The position numbers and the translations under genes are program-made. The notes below the pieces were generated by a model that saw only the letters and a list, made by a program, of their open reading frames with translations, was not told where the DNA came from and searched no databases. DNA of 64,000 nucleotides from a virus, in the IMG/VR virus record IMGVR_UViG_3300021077_000115, positions 46,064-110,063 of that record. One strand, written 5' to 3'. This document shows positions 53,793-63,163 of this stretch, piece by piece; the first letter of the stretch is position 1, and each line of letters begins with the position of its first letter.

Positions 53793-54110
53793 TTATCGCA
53801 TTGGTTCCTGAATTTCAACGTATCCACGCTCAACGAATACAGAAGAATCACGCGGTACCTTGGCGAGCTCAACAATTTTACCAGAAAGTTTATTTATATT
53901 TTCTTCTAGCTTGTCAATTGTACGCTGCTTTGAGAGGCATGCTTGACATGTTGTTGGCCCAATAAATTGATAAGATTCCATTTCGCGTTCCATTTCAATA
54001 TGTCCAACGAAGTCCTTGGAAACGCTATCAATCTGCTCTTGGGTAAGTTGTACTCCAAATTCAGCGAGTAAATCTCCCAACGTATCGGATCTTACCTGCG
54101 CAATTGTCAT
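53793..54110 (-). CDS. hypothetical protein
   Basis: A 105-aa ORF. Confidence 0.4.
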   Translation of the reverse strand: MTIAQVRSDTLGDLLAEFGVQLTQEQIDSVSKDFVGHIEMEREMESYQFIGPTTCQACLSKQRTIDKLEENINKLSGKIVELAKVPRDSSVFVERGYVEIQEPMR

Positions 54111-54131
54111 ATCATTACCTTTACTAACAAC

Positions 54132-54437
54132 CTAATCGAATAAACTTATGACTTCTTCCCAGTCATTCTCTGAGAAATCTACGATGTATGGTGTCCAGTT
54201 TTTTGGAGACAGATCAAGATACCCACCCACAAATACGAAAGAGCACTCAGGATGGCCAAGTCTAAAGCTGTCAGCATAGATATAAACACCAGCTACCCAT
54301 GCCTTGCGCCTAACCTTCCTGCCCTTGAGCAACAGTTTCCAGGCCCAAGCAAATGATCCTTTTGATGGACGCATTGACCACACAACTGACCATATACAAA
54401 TACCAGTTGCAATTATATACAACACCAATCTTAACAT
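54132..54437 (-). CDS. small membrane protein
   Basis: An N-terminal TM segment, LVLYIIATGICIWSVVW, is present. The ORF is 101 aa. Confidence 0.4.
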   Translation of the reverse strand: MLRLVLYIIATGICIWSVVWSMRPSKGSFAWAWKLLLKGRKVRRKAWVAGVYIYADSFRLGHPECSFVFVGGYLDLSPKNWTPYIVDFSENDWEEVISLFD

Positions 54438-54841
54438 CAGAACAACTCCCTTAGTGCTTTGTAGAAGTCCGAAGCGTTGCCACCCTCAGGAATTCCAGCA
54501 GTGCCACCGTCATTTACTTCAACCACAATCCATTCGCCTTCCTCTTTCTCCGCAACATCAATAGCAAAGAAGTTACTTTTGACATCCGAAACCAGATCAA
54601 TGATAATCTTCTTTAGTGGTCTGTTTGCGAAGTTGTAGAATAAAGAATCCCAATATGGAGCCGAGTAAAAAATCTGACCCTTAAATACAAAGAACCGGTG
54701 TTCATTGAATAATGGTGTCTTGCTCTTGGGGTGCGATCCAATTTGCTTGAGCTTGATGAACTCTCGGAACACAAGACCGCCAGCCAGATCATCGCCCTGC
54801 CCATTGATAAAGTTCGTAATTACTCGACGTAGATTTCCCAT
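54437..54841 (-). CDS. hypothetical protein with ATP-grasp-like C-terminal block
   Basis: FFAIDVAEKEEGEWIVVEVNDGGTAGIPEGG resembles the C-terminal Mg/ATP-binding strand of ATP-grasp enzymes (D.A....G.W.VIEVN...G). The ORF is 134 aa. Confidence 0.35.
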   Translation of the reverse strand: MGNLRRVITNFINGQGDDLAGGLVFREFIKLKQIGSHPKSKTPLFNEHRFFVFKGQIFYSAPYWDSLFYNFANRPLKKIIIDLVSDVKSNFFAIDVAEKEEGEWIVVEVNDGGTAGIPEGGNASDFYKALRELF

Positions 54842-54872
54842 GTCAGTTGGGTCGGGAATAAAACAAGCATCA

Positions 54873-54899
54873 AACCATGCTTATCCGGTTTACTCCCAT
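54873..54899. promoter_or_regulatory. 27-bp dyad motif copy 1 (AAACCATGCtTATCCGGTTTaCTCCCA), upstream of the 54437..54841 start
   Basis: It is one of three near-identical copies, each 20-60 bp upstream of three consecutive minus-strand genes. It has an AAACC...GGTTT inverted repeat. Confidence 0.45.
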
Positions 54900-54912
54900 G
54901 AACATGAAAGCT

Positions 54913-55107
54913 TTACTTTCGAGCCGCAGCTAGTGCCGCCGCCAATGTCGTGAAGCGATTCCCTTCCACGATGAAGACGGGCTTCCGTCTCATCGGAACA
55001 AGTTTCTCTACTTTTTTTCCGTCCACAACGGCTACGGATAGGTAGATGGGTCCGTCAGAATCGCCCTGTGAAATCATGCCTTTGAATGTCCACTCTGGTC
55101 GTTTCAT
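54913..55107 (-). CDS. hypothetical protein
   Basis: A 64-aa ORF. Confidence 0.35.
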   Translation of the reverse strand: MKRPEWTFKGMISQGDSDGPIYLSVAVVDGKKVEKLVPMRRKPVFIVEGNRFTTLAAALAAARK

Positions 55108-55167
55108 AATTATTACCTTTCGTTCGTTACTACTGGAAAAACTTCGTTCAACTCATGTCATGGGAGC

Positions 55168-55194
55168 AAACCATGCCTATCCGGTTGTTACCCA
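55168..55194. promoter_or_regulatory. 27-bp dyad motif copy 2 (AAACCATGCCTATCCGGTTgttaCCCA), upstream of the 54913..55107 start
   Basis: It is in the same orientation as copy 1 and is preceded by TGGGAG, which extends the dyad. Confidence 0.45.
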
Positions 55195-55196
55195 AT

Positions 55197-55430
55197 TCAA
55201 CGAGTTCGTCCCAATTTTTGGCCCATCGGGGCAAGTGAGACGGGCCAATCAACCTGTCCAGCTTGGATGCGGGCGCGTTGGTTCATCGTAATTGGATGGA
55301 TCTCGTGTTCGCCAAGCTCAGCACCTTCCAGCCACTGTTTTGAGTCTTTGAGGGCTGCATTTGCGCTCGTCCCCATTCCCCAGACCACAAGACGAATCCC
55401 GTCAGACGCGACAACAACATAGTATTTCAT
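55197..55430 (-). CDS. hypothetical protein
   Basis: A 77-aa ORF. Confidence 0.4.
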   Translation of the reverse strand: MKYYVVVASDGIRLVVWGMGTSANAALKDSKQWLEGAELGEHEIHPITMNQRARIQAGQVDWPVSLAPMGQKLGRTR

Positions 55431-55445
55431 TTTTCTACTTTCCTT

Positions 55446-55814
55446 TCAATTTACTGATTGTTGGGAGAAAACCGGATAGGCATGGTTTGAACGATGAGCT
55501 TCATGGAACATCTTCGTGCCCATCCAAGGAGGCAGCCCAGTATCCTTGAGGCCAACTTGCGCTGCAGTGAATTGCTCTAGCAAAGAATCATTGTAACCCC
55601 TGCCAATCCACTCCTCACAAATAGCCTTGCCATATTGTAACAATTGGTATTCATATCCAGCCCACATCTTCGTGGCAGGATGATGAACCCAACCCTTGTT
55701 CTGGGTTAGTGCATTGAATATCTGTTTTGTCTCTACGCGCTGCTTCCCAAGATGTTTGAAGTGAAGCGCTTTGGCAGATTTTTCAAAATCAGGATATGGA
55801 AGAAATGTTTGCAT
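55446..55814 (-). CDS. hypothetical protein (weak resemblance to the pyrimidine-dimer DNA glycosylase/TIGR02328-like N-terminus)
   Basis: The start is taken at MQTFLPYPDFEKSAKALHFKHLGKQRVE, adjacent to the upstream stop at 55820. The pattern M..W/F..LIP.LP..QLLGQ.RE is recalled only from memory. Confidence 0.3.
   Translation of the reverse strand: MQTFLPYPDFEKSAKALHFKHLGKQRVETKQIFNALTQNKGWVHHPATKMWAGYEYQLLQYGKAICEEWIGRGYNDSLLEQFTAAQVGLKDTGLPPWMGTKMFHEAHRSNHAYPVFSQQSVN
55461..55487. promoter_or_regulatory. 27-bp dyad motif copy 3 (inverted orientation), upstream of the 55197..55430 start and overlapping the 3' end of the 55446..55814 gene
   Basis: The plus-strand text is TGGGAGaAAACCGGATAGGCATGGTTT, which is the reverse complement of copies 1 and 2. 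It encodes the C-terminal ...NHAYPVFS of the upstream gene. Confidence 0.45.
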
Positions 55815-55819
55815 GATAC

Positions 55820-56197
55820 TTATAAAGAGATCACTTCTCGAATCCAACTCGGTTTGATTTGGACTTCCTTCACACCACACTTGTCGCAATGCTGTCCGGT
55901 ACCATCATCCTCATCCAGCTCAACGAACAGCACCACGTTCTCAGGTGCCCAGTTCGGATCGTTGGTTCTCAGGTGACGGATTGTGCCAGTGATTGACTTG
56001 GGCCTGCCGGTTGTCTTGAGCTGAACGCCGGCAAGGGACGCAGTGAAAAGGTCTGTCTCGAACCACTCAGCGCGAATACGAGAACCTTTTTGAACAACAA
56101 CATCGGTCTTCTGTTGTGTCATGGAATCCACTGCCTCGGCCTCCCCCATCTCCTGGAAGAAGTCCTGCAACGTTTCTGAGCTGATATGCTTGGTCAT
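55820..56197 (-). CDS. hypothetical small protein; paralog of the 15039..15335 product
   Basis: The 125-aa ORF shares the QKGSRIRAEWFE, DDGTGQHCDKCGVKEVQIK and ...REVISL C-terminal blocks with the 15039..15335 product. It has the same upstream 40-bp motif. Confidence 0.5.
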   Translation of the reverse strand: MTKHISSETLQDFFQEMGEAEAVDSMTQQKTDVVVQKGSRIRAEWFETDLFTASLAGVQLKTTGRPKSITGTIRHLRTNDPNWAPENVVLFVELDEDDGTGQHCDKCGVKEVQIKPSWIREVISL

Positions 56198-56221
56198 GTG
56201 TCTACGCGGCCTTCCTGGGCT

Positions 56222-56265
56222 CCCCTACCCCGCTCCGAGGCGCGACAGGGGGTTTAGCAGTCAGT
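56222..56265 (-). promoter_or_regulatory. conserved ~40-bp upstream motif (copy 2), 10-25 nt upstream of the 55820..56197 start
   Basis: The text is tcccctaccccgctccgaggcgcgacagggggtttagcag. It is near-identical to 15346..15390. Confidence 0.4.
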
Positions 56266-56361
56266 CTGGTAGGGCCTCAATAATAGAACTGCAGGCCCAT
56301 ACAAATAGAAATATTACTACACAAGCTCCAGCAAACAGTTTGAAAAGTACATCTCCCATAC

Positions 56362-56480
56362 TATTCTCCCATAAGTTTATCTGCATCAAACAACTTATCC
56401 AAGAATATGTTGCCGGCTTTTCCGCATATAGAACAAGCCTCCATAATATTCGGATAACAAATATCACAGAGAGTCCTGCC
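56362..56480 (-). pseudogene. C-terminal fragment of a family-A Cys-rich zinc-ribbon gene (third paralog), out of frame with the upstream ORF
   Basis: It translates to CSVCGRTLCDICYPNIMEACSICGKAGNIFLDKLFDADKLMGE*. The paralog at 16505..16813 reads CSVCGRHLCDICYPNVMEACSICGEPGNVFLDKLYDADERMANEK. No in-frame start exists. The upstream ORF 56501..56761 ends in a different frame. Confidence 0.4.
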
Positions 56481-56500
56481 ACATACAGAACAGCTTACCC

Positions 56501-56761
56501 TTAGATTGTTCCATGGCAATTCCCATTCGCGGCGCAGCCCCTCGCGGGGGCAACAGTGACAGGTGTCCTGTCTATCTCAACTCTAGCCTCATTGCAACTG
56601 ACACCTAAGATGCCCTCCCAATCCGGGAAAGAACGTACAAGCTCTTTGGCCGTTTCAATCGAGTACATCTCGGCCTGTTCCCGTGGACCCCAGTACCAAT
56701 GTAGGCCTTCGTGGCATAGGTAAACACCAGTGACCGTCCTGTGTGCGATTATAATGCTCAT
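56501..56761 (-). CDS. hypothetical protein
   Basis: An 86-aa ORF. Confidence 0.4.
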   Translation of the reverse strand: MSIIIAHRTVTGVYLCHEGLHWYWGPREQAEMYSIETAKELVRSFPDWEGILGVSCNEARVEIDRTPVTVAPARGCAANGNCHGTI

Positions 56762-56970
56762 GCTTTATCCACATCTTTTTTCTGCATAGCTTTCATCTTA
56801 CCCCTAAGCGTATCTTTCTCTTCAATCCAAGTCCCCAGCCCTCTTCGAATTGCTCGCCATGCCCCGCGTTCTTTGCCTCGCAAATTTCCAGGCGTAAACA
56901 TGCGGAATGTACGCTCAACGCATTCGGCTTGAGCGCGAGTCATCGTGATTGTTACAATATCATCAGCCAT
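56758..56970 (-). CDS. hypothetical protein
   Basis: A 70-aa ORF with a 4-nt overlap. Confidence 0.35.
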   Translation of the reverse strand: MADDIVTITMTRAQAECVERTFRMFTPGNLRGKERGAWRAIRRGLGTWIEEKDTLRGKMKAMQKKDVDKA

Positions 56971-56980
56971 TTTTAGTTTC

Positions 56981-57178
56981 TCAGGCCGGTTTAATCCAAG
57001 TAGGATCCAATTGGACAGCGTCCATTACTTTTCTTTGGTCTACTTCACTACCCTTCGCCGCACGCAACAACACAAACCGCATGTCATTATTGTGACGAAC
57101 GATTGCATTGTTCTCAAGCCATTCAAGTTGCTGGAATGTCAAGTTCTTGAAAAATTGTGGAATGTATTCTGACATCAA
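56981..57178 (-). CDS. hypothetical protein
   Basis: A 65-aa ORF. Confidence 0.35.
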   Translation of the reverse strand: MMSEYIPQFFKNLTFQQLEWLENNAIVRHNNDMRFVLLRAAKGSEVDQRKVMDAVQLDPTWIKPA

Positions 57179-57194
57179 TACTTACCTTACATTG

Positions 57195-57461
57195 TCAACA
57201 TGATCCAAATCTGAATGAAGACCAGCAATCGTAACTTTCATCCCAAGAGAAACCCAATTCTTCAAGACGCTCCGTGTCTTCAGCAGATACGGCATCTTCT
57301 CTAATGCCCGCGCACACCATGAAGACATCATGCTCACAATGCGTTGGAGCATATGCATCTTCCTTGATATACTTCTTGAAAATCGTCAGCGCTTCAATTA
57401 GATCATCCATAATTAATTCCAGAGTTAGGTCGATGGGTGCCCGAGACGCCCGTTCAGGCAC
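57195..57461 (-). CDS. hypothetical acidic protein
   Basis: An 88-aa ORF. Confidence 0.4.
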   Translation of the reverse strand: MPERASRAPIDLTLELIMDDLIEALTIFKKYIKEDAYAPTHCEHDVFMVCAGIREDAVSAEDTERLEELGFSWDESYDCWSSFRFGSC

Positions 57462-57601
57462 CCATCTTAAGACTTTATTATCGTTTCTTGGACGTCTTCT
57501 TCGCAGTAACCTTCTTGGGCTTGGTCAGAAGCCTTTTGCCCTTCTCGGTTAGTTGAACTGTTTCTTGATCATTCATTTGCAGTGCGTCAGACTTCTTGGT
57601 A

Positions 57602-58153
57602 TCACATCCATATCTGATCAGTTGGTGTTGCTTCTCGAACCATTTTCTCTGCCATTTCGGAATAAGCCTCCCGAACGCAAACTATTCGTTTCTTTACCAA
57701 ACGATAGAGTCTTTTTTCTTTCAAGCTCACGCCTTGCAGCGGCTTCATATGTGTCACACGAAATTCATTTGACGGATTATCGAGTGCCACAATCATTCCA
57801 ACTGCAATTCGCTTTACAATGGTATGATTGTTAAGCCTCTTTTCGTGGTAGTCAACAACCCTCTCTCGCCAACCAGAGTTGATTGCAGGTGCCAAAGCCA
57901 GAAATGCTAGCGGACATTTGTAGTAATGCGGACCAGCCTCCTCCGATATCTCCTTGAAGCCCCAACATAGGTTCTTCGACATTAGCAAGAATAGAAGAAT
58001 GATTTTGGTACCATCCTTCTTTTCCCAAACGGTCCAGAGTTCGTTGCCTTGGACCGACTGTTGCAAGCAAGTCATGCTGCAAATGCTCTTGACACACTCT
58101 TCAATGATCTCTTGCTTGCAACAGGGTAGTGCTCTGAAGTCCCAGCCCATCAT
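57602..58153 (-). CDS. hypothetical protein
   Basis: A 183-aa ORF. Confidence 0.45.
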   Translation of the reverse strand: MMGWDFRALPCCKQEIIEECVKSICSMTCLQQSVQGNELWTVWEKKDGTKIILLFLLMSKNLCWGFKEISEEAGPHYYKCPLAFLALAPAINSGWRERVVDYHEKRLNNHTIVKRIAVGMIVALDNPSNEFRVTHMKPLQGVSLKEKRLYRLVKKRIVCVREAYSEMAEKMVREATPTDQIWM

Positions 58154-58728
58154 TTCCTCCCAATCTTGGGGTGACGCAATCCTAACTTCTGACTGATGTA
58201 GATGATCTCTTCTTCACTCTTCGGAAAACCATCAGCCCGATTGATCCATAGGCTCTTATACTTGGTATCACCAGTATGAGAATTCTGATCGCCCTCAGAA
58301 GTAATCCAAGAACGTTGATCTGGACTGCTGCTCGACCACTCCAACCAATTTGCATCGGAACCAACACAACGCAGGATGTCGTCCAACGTATCGTAAGGCT
58401 CGGACCCCTCATTCTCCCAGCCCTTATCATCTGTCTCACCAATTTCTAGGGATTCTTCATCCCAGTTTTCGTACGTCATCTTGTAGACGTAGCCCTTCCA
58501 AGCAGCCTTCTGCTTTTCAGTCAGGGCCTCAAGGGCTTCATCATCTAAAACAACTATCATAGCTCCGTCTAGCGATTTCTGCTCAACAAGCAAATCGAGA
58601 ACTGAATCCATCGCATCTGCAATTACGGTCATTGCATTTGGATCGTTTGGAGACGTCTCCCGAACCTTTTGAACCAACTTACGAGGCTCAGCATAATATC
58701 GCCTAGCTCTTGTTTCTTCTATTGTCAT
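58150..58728 (-). CDS. hypothetical acidic protein
   Basis: A 192-aa ORF with a 4-nt overlap. Confidence 0.45.
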   Translation of the reverse strand: MTIEETRARRYYAEPRKLVQKVRETSPNDPNAMTVIADAMDSVLDLLVEQKSLDGAMIVVLDDEALEALTEKQKAAWKGYVYKMTYENWDEESLEIGETDDKGWENEGSEPYDTLDDILRCVGSDANWLEWSSSSPDQRSWITSEGDQNSHTGDTKYKSLWINRADGFPKSEEEIIYISQKLGLRHPKIGRK

Positions 58729-59036
58729 ATGAACTCCTCAACATCGTTTCTAGGAATGTCCCCGTCTGGCCAAGGCCCTGGGATACAGTTTACAACATGC
58801 TCAAGTACTCGAATCACCTTCTCGCGAGCCTCATCTTCGGACGATGCTCGAAAGATTAGGTCTCCGCCTTCCCCGATGGCCTTCCAAAGAGGTTCATCAA
58901 CACCGTAGTATTGATGCGGCGGTTCAACCGTGTATCCGCCTTCATCCAATTCGATTTCCCGAAGTCTGAACTCGGGTATCGGAGGCGGTGCGGGAGCTGT
59001 GTTTTCCCGTCGCGTTTGTTCAGACTCAATCACCAA
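58725..59036 (-). CDS. hypothetical protein
   Basis: A 103-aa ORF. Confidence 0.4.
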   Translation of the reverse strand: MVIESEQTRRENTAPAPPPIPEFRLREIELDEGGYTVEPPHQYYGVDEPLWKAIGEGGDLIFRASSEDEAREKVIRVLEHVVNCIPGPWPDGDIPRNDVEEFI

Positions 59037-59419
59037 CTCACGCTACCCCTTCCAGTGACCCTCAAGGCCATATCTTCATCAAACACATCATCATCGAACT
59101 CTCCATCAAGGAGACATGAATCATCAGTCAGGCGATTAGGTCGGCTTGACTCGTTTGATTCCATATACATCTCGTAGACTTCTTTTTCGATCTGTTCTTG
59201 TTCTCTCTTGTTAAGGTGGCCAATCCAAGGAATGCCACCGTCAGCCAAGAAAATCTCACCCGTCAACTCAGCTCGGCCACCATTGGAAGTTTCAATATCA
59301 GAGTTACGCTTGCTTCGGTGTGCGCGCCGCTGAACACCAACCGTTACTTCAAATGAGGCTCTCAATTCGCATTCGGTATCTTTACGCACTACCGTGAATT
59401 CATGTGCTATCTGTGGCAT
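59030..59419 (-). CDS. hypothetical protein
   Basis: A 129-aa ORF. Confidence 0.4.
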   Translation of the reverse strand: MPQIAHEFTVVRKDTECELRASFEVTVGVQRRAHRSKRNSDIETSNGGRAELTGEIFLADGGIPWIGHLNKREQEQIEKEVYEMYMESNESSRPNRLTDDSCLLDGEFDDDVFDEDMALRVTGRGSVSW

Positions 59420-59429
59420 TGCTATTCCC

Positions 59430-59816
59430 TCATGCTTTTATAGCATTCACAAGCTCCAGAATCTGATTGAGGCGCTGGATATTTTCCTCTGTCCACTTAT
59501 CACTACCATGCATTTCGGTATTTATCCCGTAAACGGCAAGCTTAAGAGCTTTGTCGTACTCGATCATCAATCTGTAATCTTCTGGTAAGTACATTCGGTG
59601 ACTGTATCCACCGTCAGCTATACAAAGCTCACCGTTTTTATACATGAATCTGAAGTGCCTATGCGTGGACCCCTCACGACCAATGGATATGTACTTATGC
59701 CCAACTGACATAATCACCATATCTTCGCCTTTGGAAGAGACACTGTGAGAGCTAACGAATATAACATTCTCACCAACTTTCCAATCGGATAATTTTGTTC
59801 TCATTTTTTCCCTCAC
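59430..59816 (-). CDS. hypothetical protein
   Basis: A 128-aa ORF. Confidence 0.4.
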   Translation of the reverse strand: MREKMRTKLSDWKVGENVIFVSSHSVSSKGEDMVIMSVGHKYISIGREGSTHRHFRFMYKNGELCIADGGYSHRMYLPEDYRLMIEYDKALKLAVYGINTEMHGSDKWTEENIQRLNQILELVNAIKA

Positions 59817-60172
59817 AATTTAGCTAGCAATTCGTTGGCCTCTTTGATTAGGGCCTCCTCATCAACCATCTCTGACTCGGTTGGAAAGAACTCAACCATC
59901 GCTGGAGTGCTCTCGCCATCCCAACCGTAAATTACCCCAGTCAATTTTGACATCTTAGAAAGCTTGATGTCGTCAATGGCCTCCTCTACAGTGGCAAAGC
60001 CAGAGGTATGATGTGAGCTTGACTTGTAACGCTCATGTTCACGCTTGACATATGGCCCAGGCGGCGGAGAGATATAGAAATATATCGGATGCCATCGCTT
60101 GGTTTGCATGTTCAACAACAAACAAGCCGGATAAACACTCATATCAAACCCTGTTCCTTCAGTACCTGCCAT
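59813..60172 (-). CDS. hypothetical protein
   Basis: A 119-aa ORF. Confidence 0.4.
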   Translation of the reverse strand: MAGTEGTGFDMSVYPACLLLNMQTKRWHPIYFYISPPPGPYVKREHERYKSSSHHTSGFATVEEAIDDIKLSKMSKLTGVIYGWDGESTPAMVEFFPTESEMVDEEALIKEANELLAKL

Positions 60173-60594
60173 GGATTGAATACGTTTTTTGTTTGCTCAA
60201 GTACATAAGCTTCGCATTCAGCCATCGCCTCATCCAAAGTCTTAGTGCCTTCACTAATCATAGGCTCAATTCGATATGGAAACTCATGAGTTGGGTTCAA
60301 ACTAGCAGAATACAACCAATCAACAGCTGTATCAGGATCACCAGATAAGGCAGGCATCACATGCCCAACGCCTATGCCGTTGAACATCAGGACTTTCGAG
60401 CCGCCAACCGCCTCACGCCAAATATATCTCTTACCAAGTTCCCAATCCTTTGGTAATATGCCATTGGTAAGAATCGAATTATCCAATGCACCGAATGCTA
60501 CAGCTAGGTCTAATCCAGCGTTAGCATCGGTTGGATCCGAAACAACTATTTCCGCACGCTTCCGAACATTGAACAGCAGATCATCGGCTTTCAT
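60139..60594 (-). CDS. hypothetical protein
   Basis: A 151-aa ORF. Confidence 0.4.
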   Translation of the reverse strand: MKADDLLFNVRKRAEIVVSDPTDANAGLDLAVAFGALDNSILTNGILPKDWELGKRYIWREAVGGSKVLMFNGIGVGHVMPALSGDPDTAVDWLYSASLNPTHEFPYRIEPMISEGTKTLDEAMAECEAYVLEQTKNVFNPWQVLKEQGLI

Positions 60595-60890
60595 TAGAAC
60601 CCTCGTTCGGTTTTGTCACTGCAGTCATCACATTGGTAACCATGCTGAACATCAATCGCCGTCAACCGATTTTCGGTTCCACAAGTAGGACAAGGATACA
60701 TCCTGGGATTGTCTATCGTCTCAGCACGTAGCGCTGAGCGCCCGCCAGGGTCGGCAAAGCCAACCCCATCAATGTTATTGCGGAGATCATCGTCATCCCC
60801 ATCGCGTTCTTCATTGAAGTCTTCGTCAAAGAATTCATCAGTCTCTTCGTCGAAGTCATCACAATCGCATTCATCACTACCTATACACAT
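60594..60890 (-). CDS. hypothetical protein with acidic N-terminus and C-terminal zinc ribbon
   Basis: A D/E-rich N-terminus is followed by CPTCGTEN...CDDCSDK. Confidence 0.4.
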   Translation of the reverse strand: MCIGSDECDCDDFDEETDEFFDEDFNEERDGDDDDLRNNIDGVGFADPGGRSALRAETIDNPRMYPCPTCGTENRLTAIDVQHGYQCDDCSDKTERGF

Positions 60891-60915
60891 ATAAGCCTCC
60901 TATATTTAGAATGCT

Positions 60916-61644
60916 CTATTCCGGAATGCCGGCGAAGCCATGTGCTTCGTGGAAATCCTTGGCTTCAGGAGTCATCGCATCAAGGTTGTTGTCGATTGTA
61001 TCCCAATCAATATCCTTACGGAACATTCCCTCGTGGTAATCTTCAAGCCCACTACCATCCTTGGAGGTAAAGGTTCCATAGAAACCCATACCACTTTCAG
61101 AATAGTGAATCTCAAAGGTCAACTCGGGGAATTTTGAACTTACCGCAACGACCCAATTGGTTGGCGGTGCCCATGCAGTATCAAATATTGAAACCAGAGC
61201 AGCATGCCCATCCTGATTCCAGGCTTCTGTCATCGTGGTATCACTGTCAGTGTCCCATTTGGTACCCCAGTTGGTCTGAGCCCAGCTGTACCAGTCCATC
61301 GAGCCGTACTTATTGACCAGGTATTCAGTCTCAACTTCGGAAACCGGAACCGTAACTCGTTTGCTGCCGCCGTTGCGCTCAATCTTGGCTCGGTAACTGG
61401 CAATTGCTGCCTTACGAGCCTTGCGGGTCTTGACGCGAGGAGGCGTTAGCGTTTGCTCGCGCCAATGAGTGACCTGCTTGCCATTGATTTTGGCATTGCC
61501 AACCATGATTCCTTGAAATCCCCTTGGCATCGGGATTGTTTGACTGAACTTGAAGTCACCATCGGAGCCAAGAGTCTTCTTGAACTCTGCTATTTTCTCA
61601 ACGGTACCACTAATCACAAGTTTGTTATTGCACCAGTTAGGCAT
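60916..61644 (-). CDS. DUF1281/Api92-like family protein
   Basis: The N-terminus MPNWCNNKLVISG matches the MxNWCxNxL signature recalled for DUF1281 (Api92-like ferredoxin-like) proteins. The ORF is 242 aa. Confidence 0.45.
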   Translation of the reverse strand: MPNWCNNKLVISGTVEKIAEFKKTLGSDGDFKFSQTIPMPRGFQGIMVGNAKINGKQVTHWREQTLTPPRVKTRKARKAAIASYRAKIERNGGSKRVTVPVSEVETEYLVNKYGSMDWYSWAQTNWGTKWDTDSDTTMTEAWNQDGHAALVSIFDTAWAPPTNWVVAVSSKFPELTFEIHYSESGMGFYGTFTSKDGSGLEDYHEGMFRKDIDWDTIDNNLDAMTPEAKDFHEAHGFAGIPE

Positions 61645-61808
61645 TGTCTATTCCCTTGCATTATGAGCTGCGATACAATGATCGCCTGCCCATTTTTCGC
61701 ACTTCAATTTTCCCAACAACATACCAAAAATTGTTCCCGCACAGAAAACAATTATTCCAAACATGAAAGCTGTAGTTTTAAGCTTCATTATTACACTCAG
61801 CTTACTAT

Positions 61809-62396
61809 TTAGCGAACAGGTCTGGCGTAGTAGTGGTGGTTGGGGTCCTTGCGATTTCTGGAGTCGGCTTCTTTTACCGCACCTTCATAAGATTTTGGCT
61901 TTGACCCAGCCCAAACTTCACTACTGGAGAAGCCGGAGAATATCCTTGGCTCACAGAATACGCAGTAGAGTCCCTCCGGGGCTGGCCCAATGGATTCATC
62001 TGAATATGTACGATCGAAGATGTCTTCAGGTTGTTGAGCAATTTCTTCGCAGGTTATGTACGTTCGGCCAGTACAATGACTGATGATTTCTGCCAAGCAG
62101 ACAGCGTCTGAGATGCTTGCACGCATCTTCTCCATCACATATTGCCAATGAAGTAGACCTCCATTATCAGTAACTACCATGGCTTTCAAATCATGGGAGT
62201 TTATCCACGTCACTAACCAACCGCCCTGGTCTCCAACATCATCTACACCGGTAATATTGGTGAAGATTAGATTATATTGAGTACCATTTCCTGGAGCGTA
62301 AGAACAATATGTCACGGCACCCGTTTTATCTAATAAAATGATGCCACTAATGATACCCTCTTCAATTGTTTTCTTGGTTCGTATATCTAGGTTCAT
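61809..62396 (-). CDS. hypothetical protein
   Basis: A 195-aa ORF. Confidence 0.4.
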   Translation of the reverse strand: MNLDIRTKKTIEEGIISGIILLDKTGAVTYCSYAPGNGTQYNLIFTNITGVDDVGDQGGWLVTWINSHDLKAMVVTDNGGLLHWQYVMEKMRASISDAVCLAEIISHCTGRTYITCEEIAQQPEDIFDRTYSDESIGPAPEGLYCVFCEPRIFSGFSSSEVWAGSKPKSYEGAVKEADSRNRKDPNHHYYARPVR

Positions 62397-62788
62397 GGTT
62401 GTAGCCTAATTGGACTATCATCTAAGGAAGCAGGTCGATCCGCAACCCTTTTGCGAAGCTCTATCAATTCCTTGCGCATCTGCTCAAGCTCATCTTGTCG
62501 AATTAACGCAAGACCCATATCGCCATTCAACTCAGCAGCGAACTCCTGAGCCTTATCAGCAATTGCCTTATCACCAGTCGCTACCGTTTGTAAAAGCGCA
62601 TATAAAAAGTAGCTGCTCAGGTCATTGGCAACTGCCGATACCGTTCGGGCCAGCATAAGAGCATGAATCAGAGCAAGAACCTCACCATCGGTTAGCTCAT
62701 TGAAGGCTACCGAATGTAGGTTTGTATTACTTGCATTCGTTTTGAATCCGCATCTGCTTATTATCTTCGTTGTCTTCCGAGCTACCAT
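62393..62788 (-). CDS. hypothetical protein
   Basis: A 131-aa ORF with a 4-nt overlap. Confidence 0.4.
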   Translation of the reverse strand: MVARKTTKIISRCGFKTNASNTNLHSVAFNELTDGEVLALIHALMLARTVSAVANDLSSYFLYALLQTVATGDKAIADKAQEFAAELNGDMGLALIRQDELEQMRKELIELRKRVADRPASLDDSPIRLQP

Positions 62789-62896
62789 TATCTACTTCCG
62801 TTCTGAGGCATTTTTCGGCCTCTGTTTGTGGTGCTTCCCCTCGTGTCTCAGCAGCAATCCTAGCGTGAGCATCCAAGAGCGCAGCAACTACTAAGT

Positions 62897-63163
62897 TCAT
62901 TTTATATCTCCACTAATTAGCGAATTTGAGCTTGGCAGTGAGGGGTCATTTGTCTTGAGACGAATCACCGGACAGTACTCGGAGTACTCGTCTTGTGTCC
63001 ATTCCCCGAGTTTAACGTTGAAAATCTCTAGTATGCGTTCAAGGTTAGCTATAGGGATAGCACTTGGATCCAACCAAGTATCCCGACGGTTCGTCAACCA
63101 GAGCTTCCCCTTACTTCGTCGAACTATTACGTCGGAGAACAGGCTTATCTTTAAGTTTAGCAT
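62897..63163 (-). CDS. hypothetical protein
   Basis: An 88-aa ORF. Confidence 0.35.
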   Translation of the reverse strand: MLNLKISLFSDVIVRRSKGKLWLTNRRDTWLDPSAIPIANLERILEIFNVKLGEWTQDEYSEYCPVIRLKTNDPSLPSSNSLISGDIK

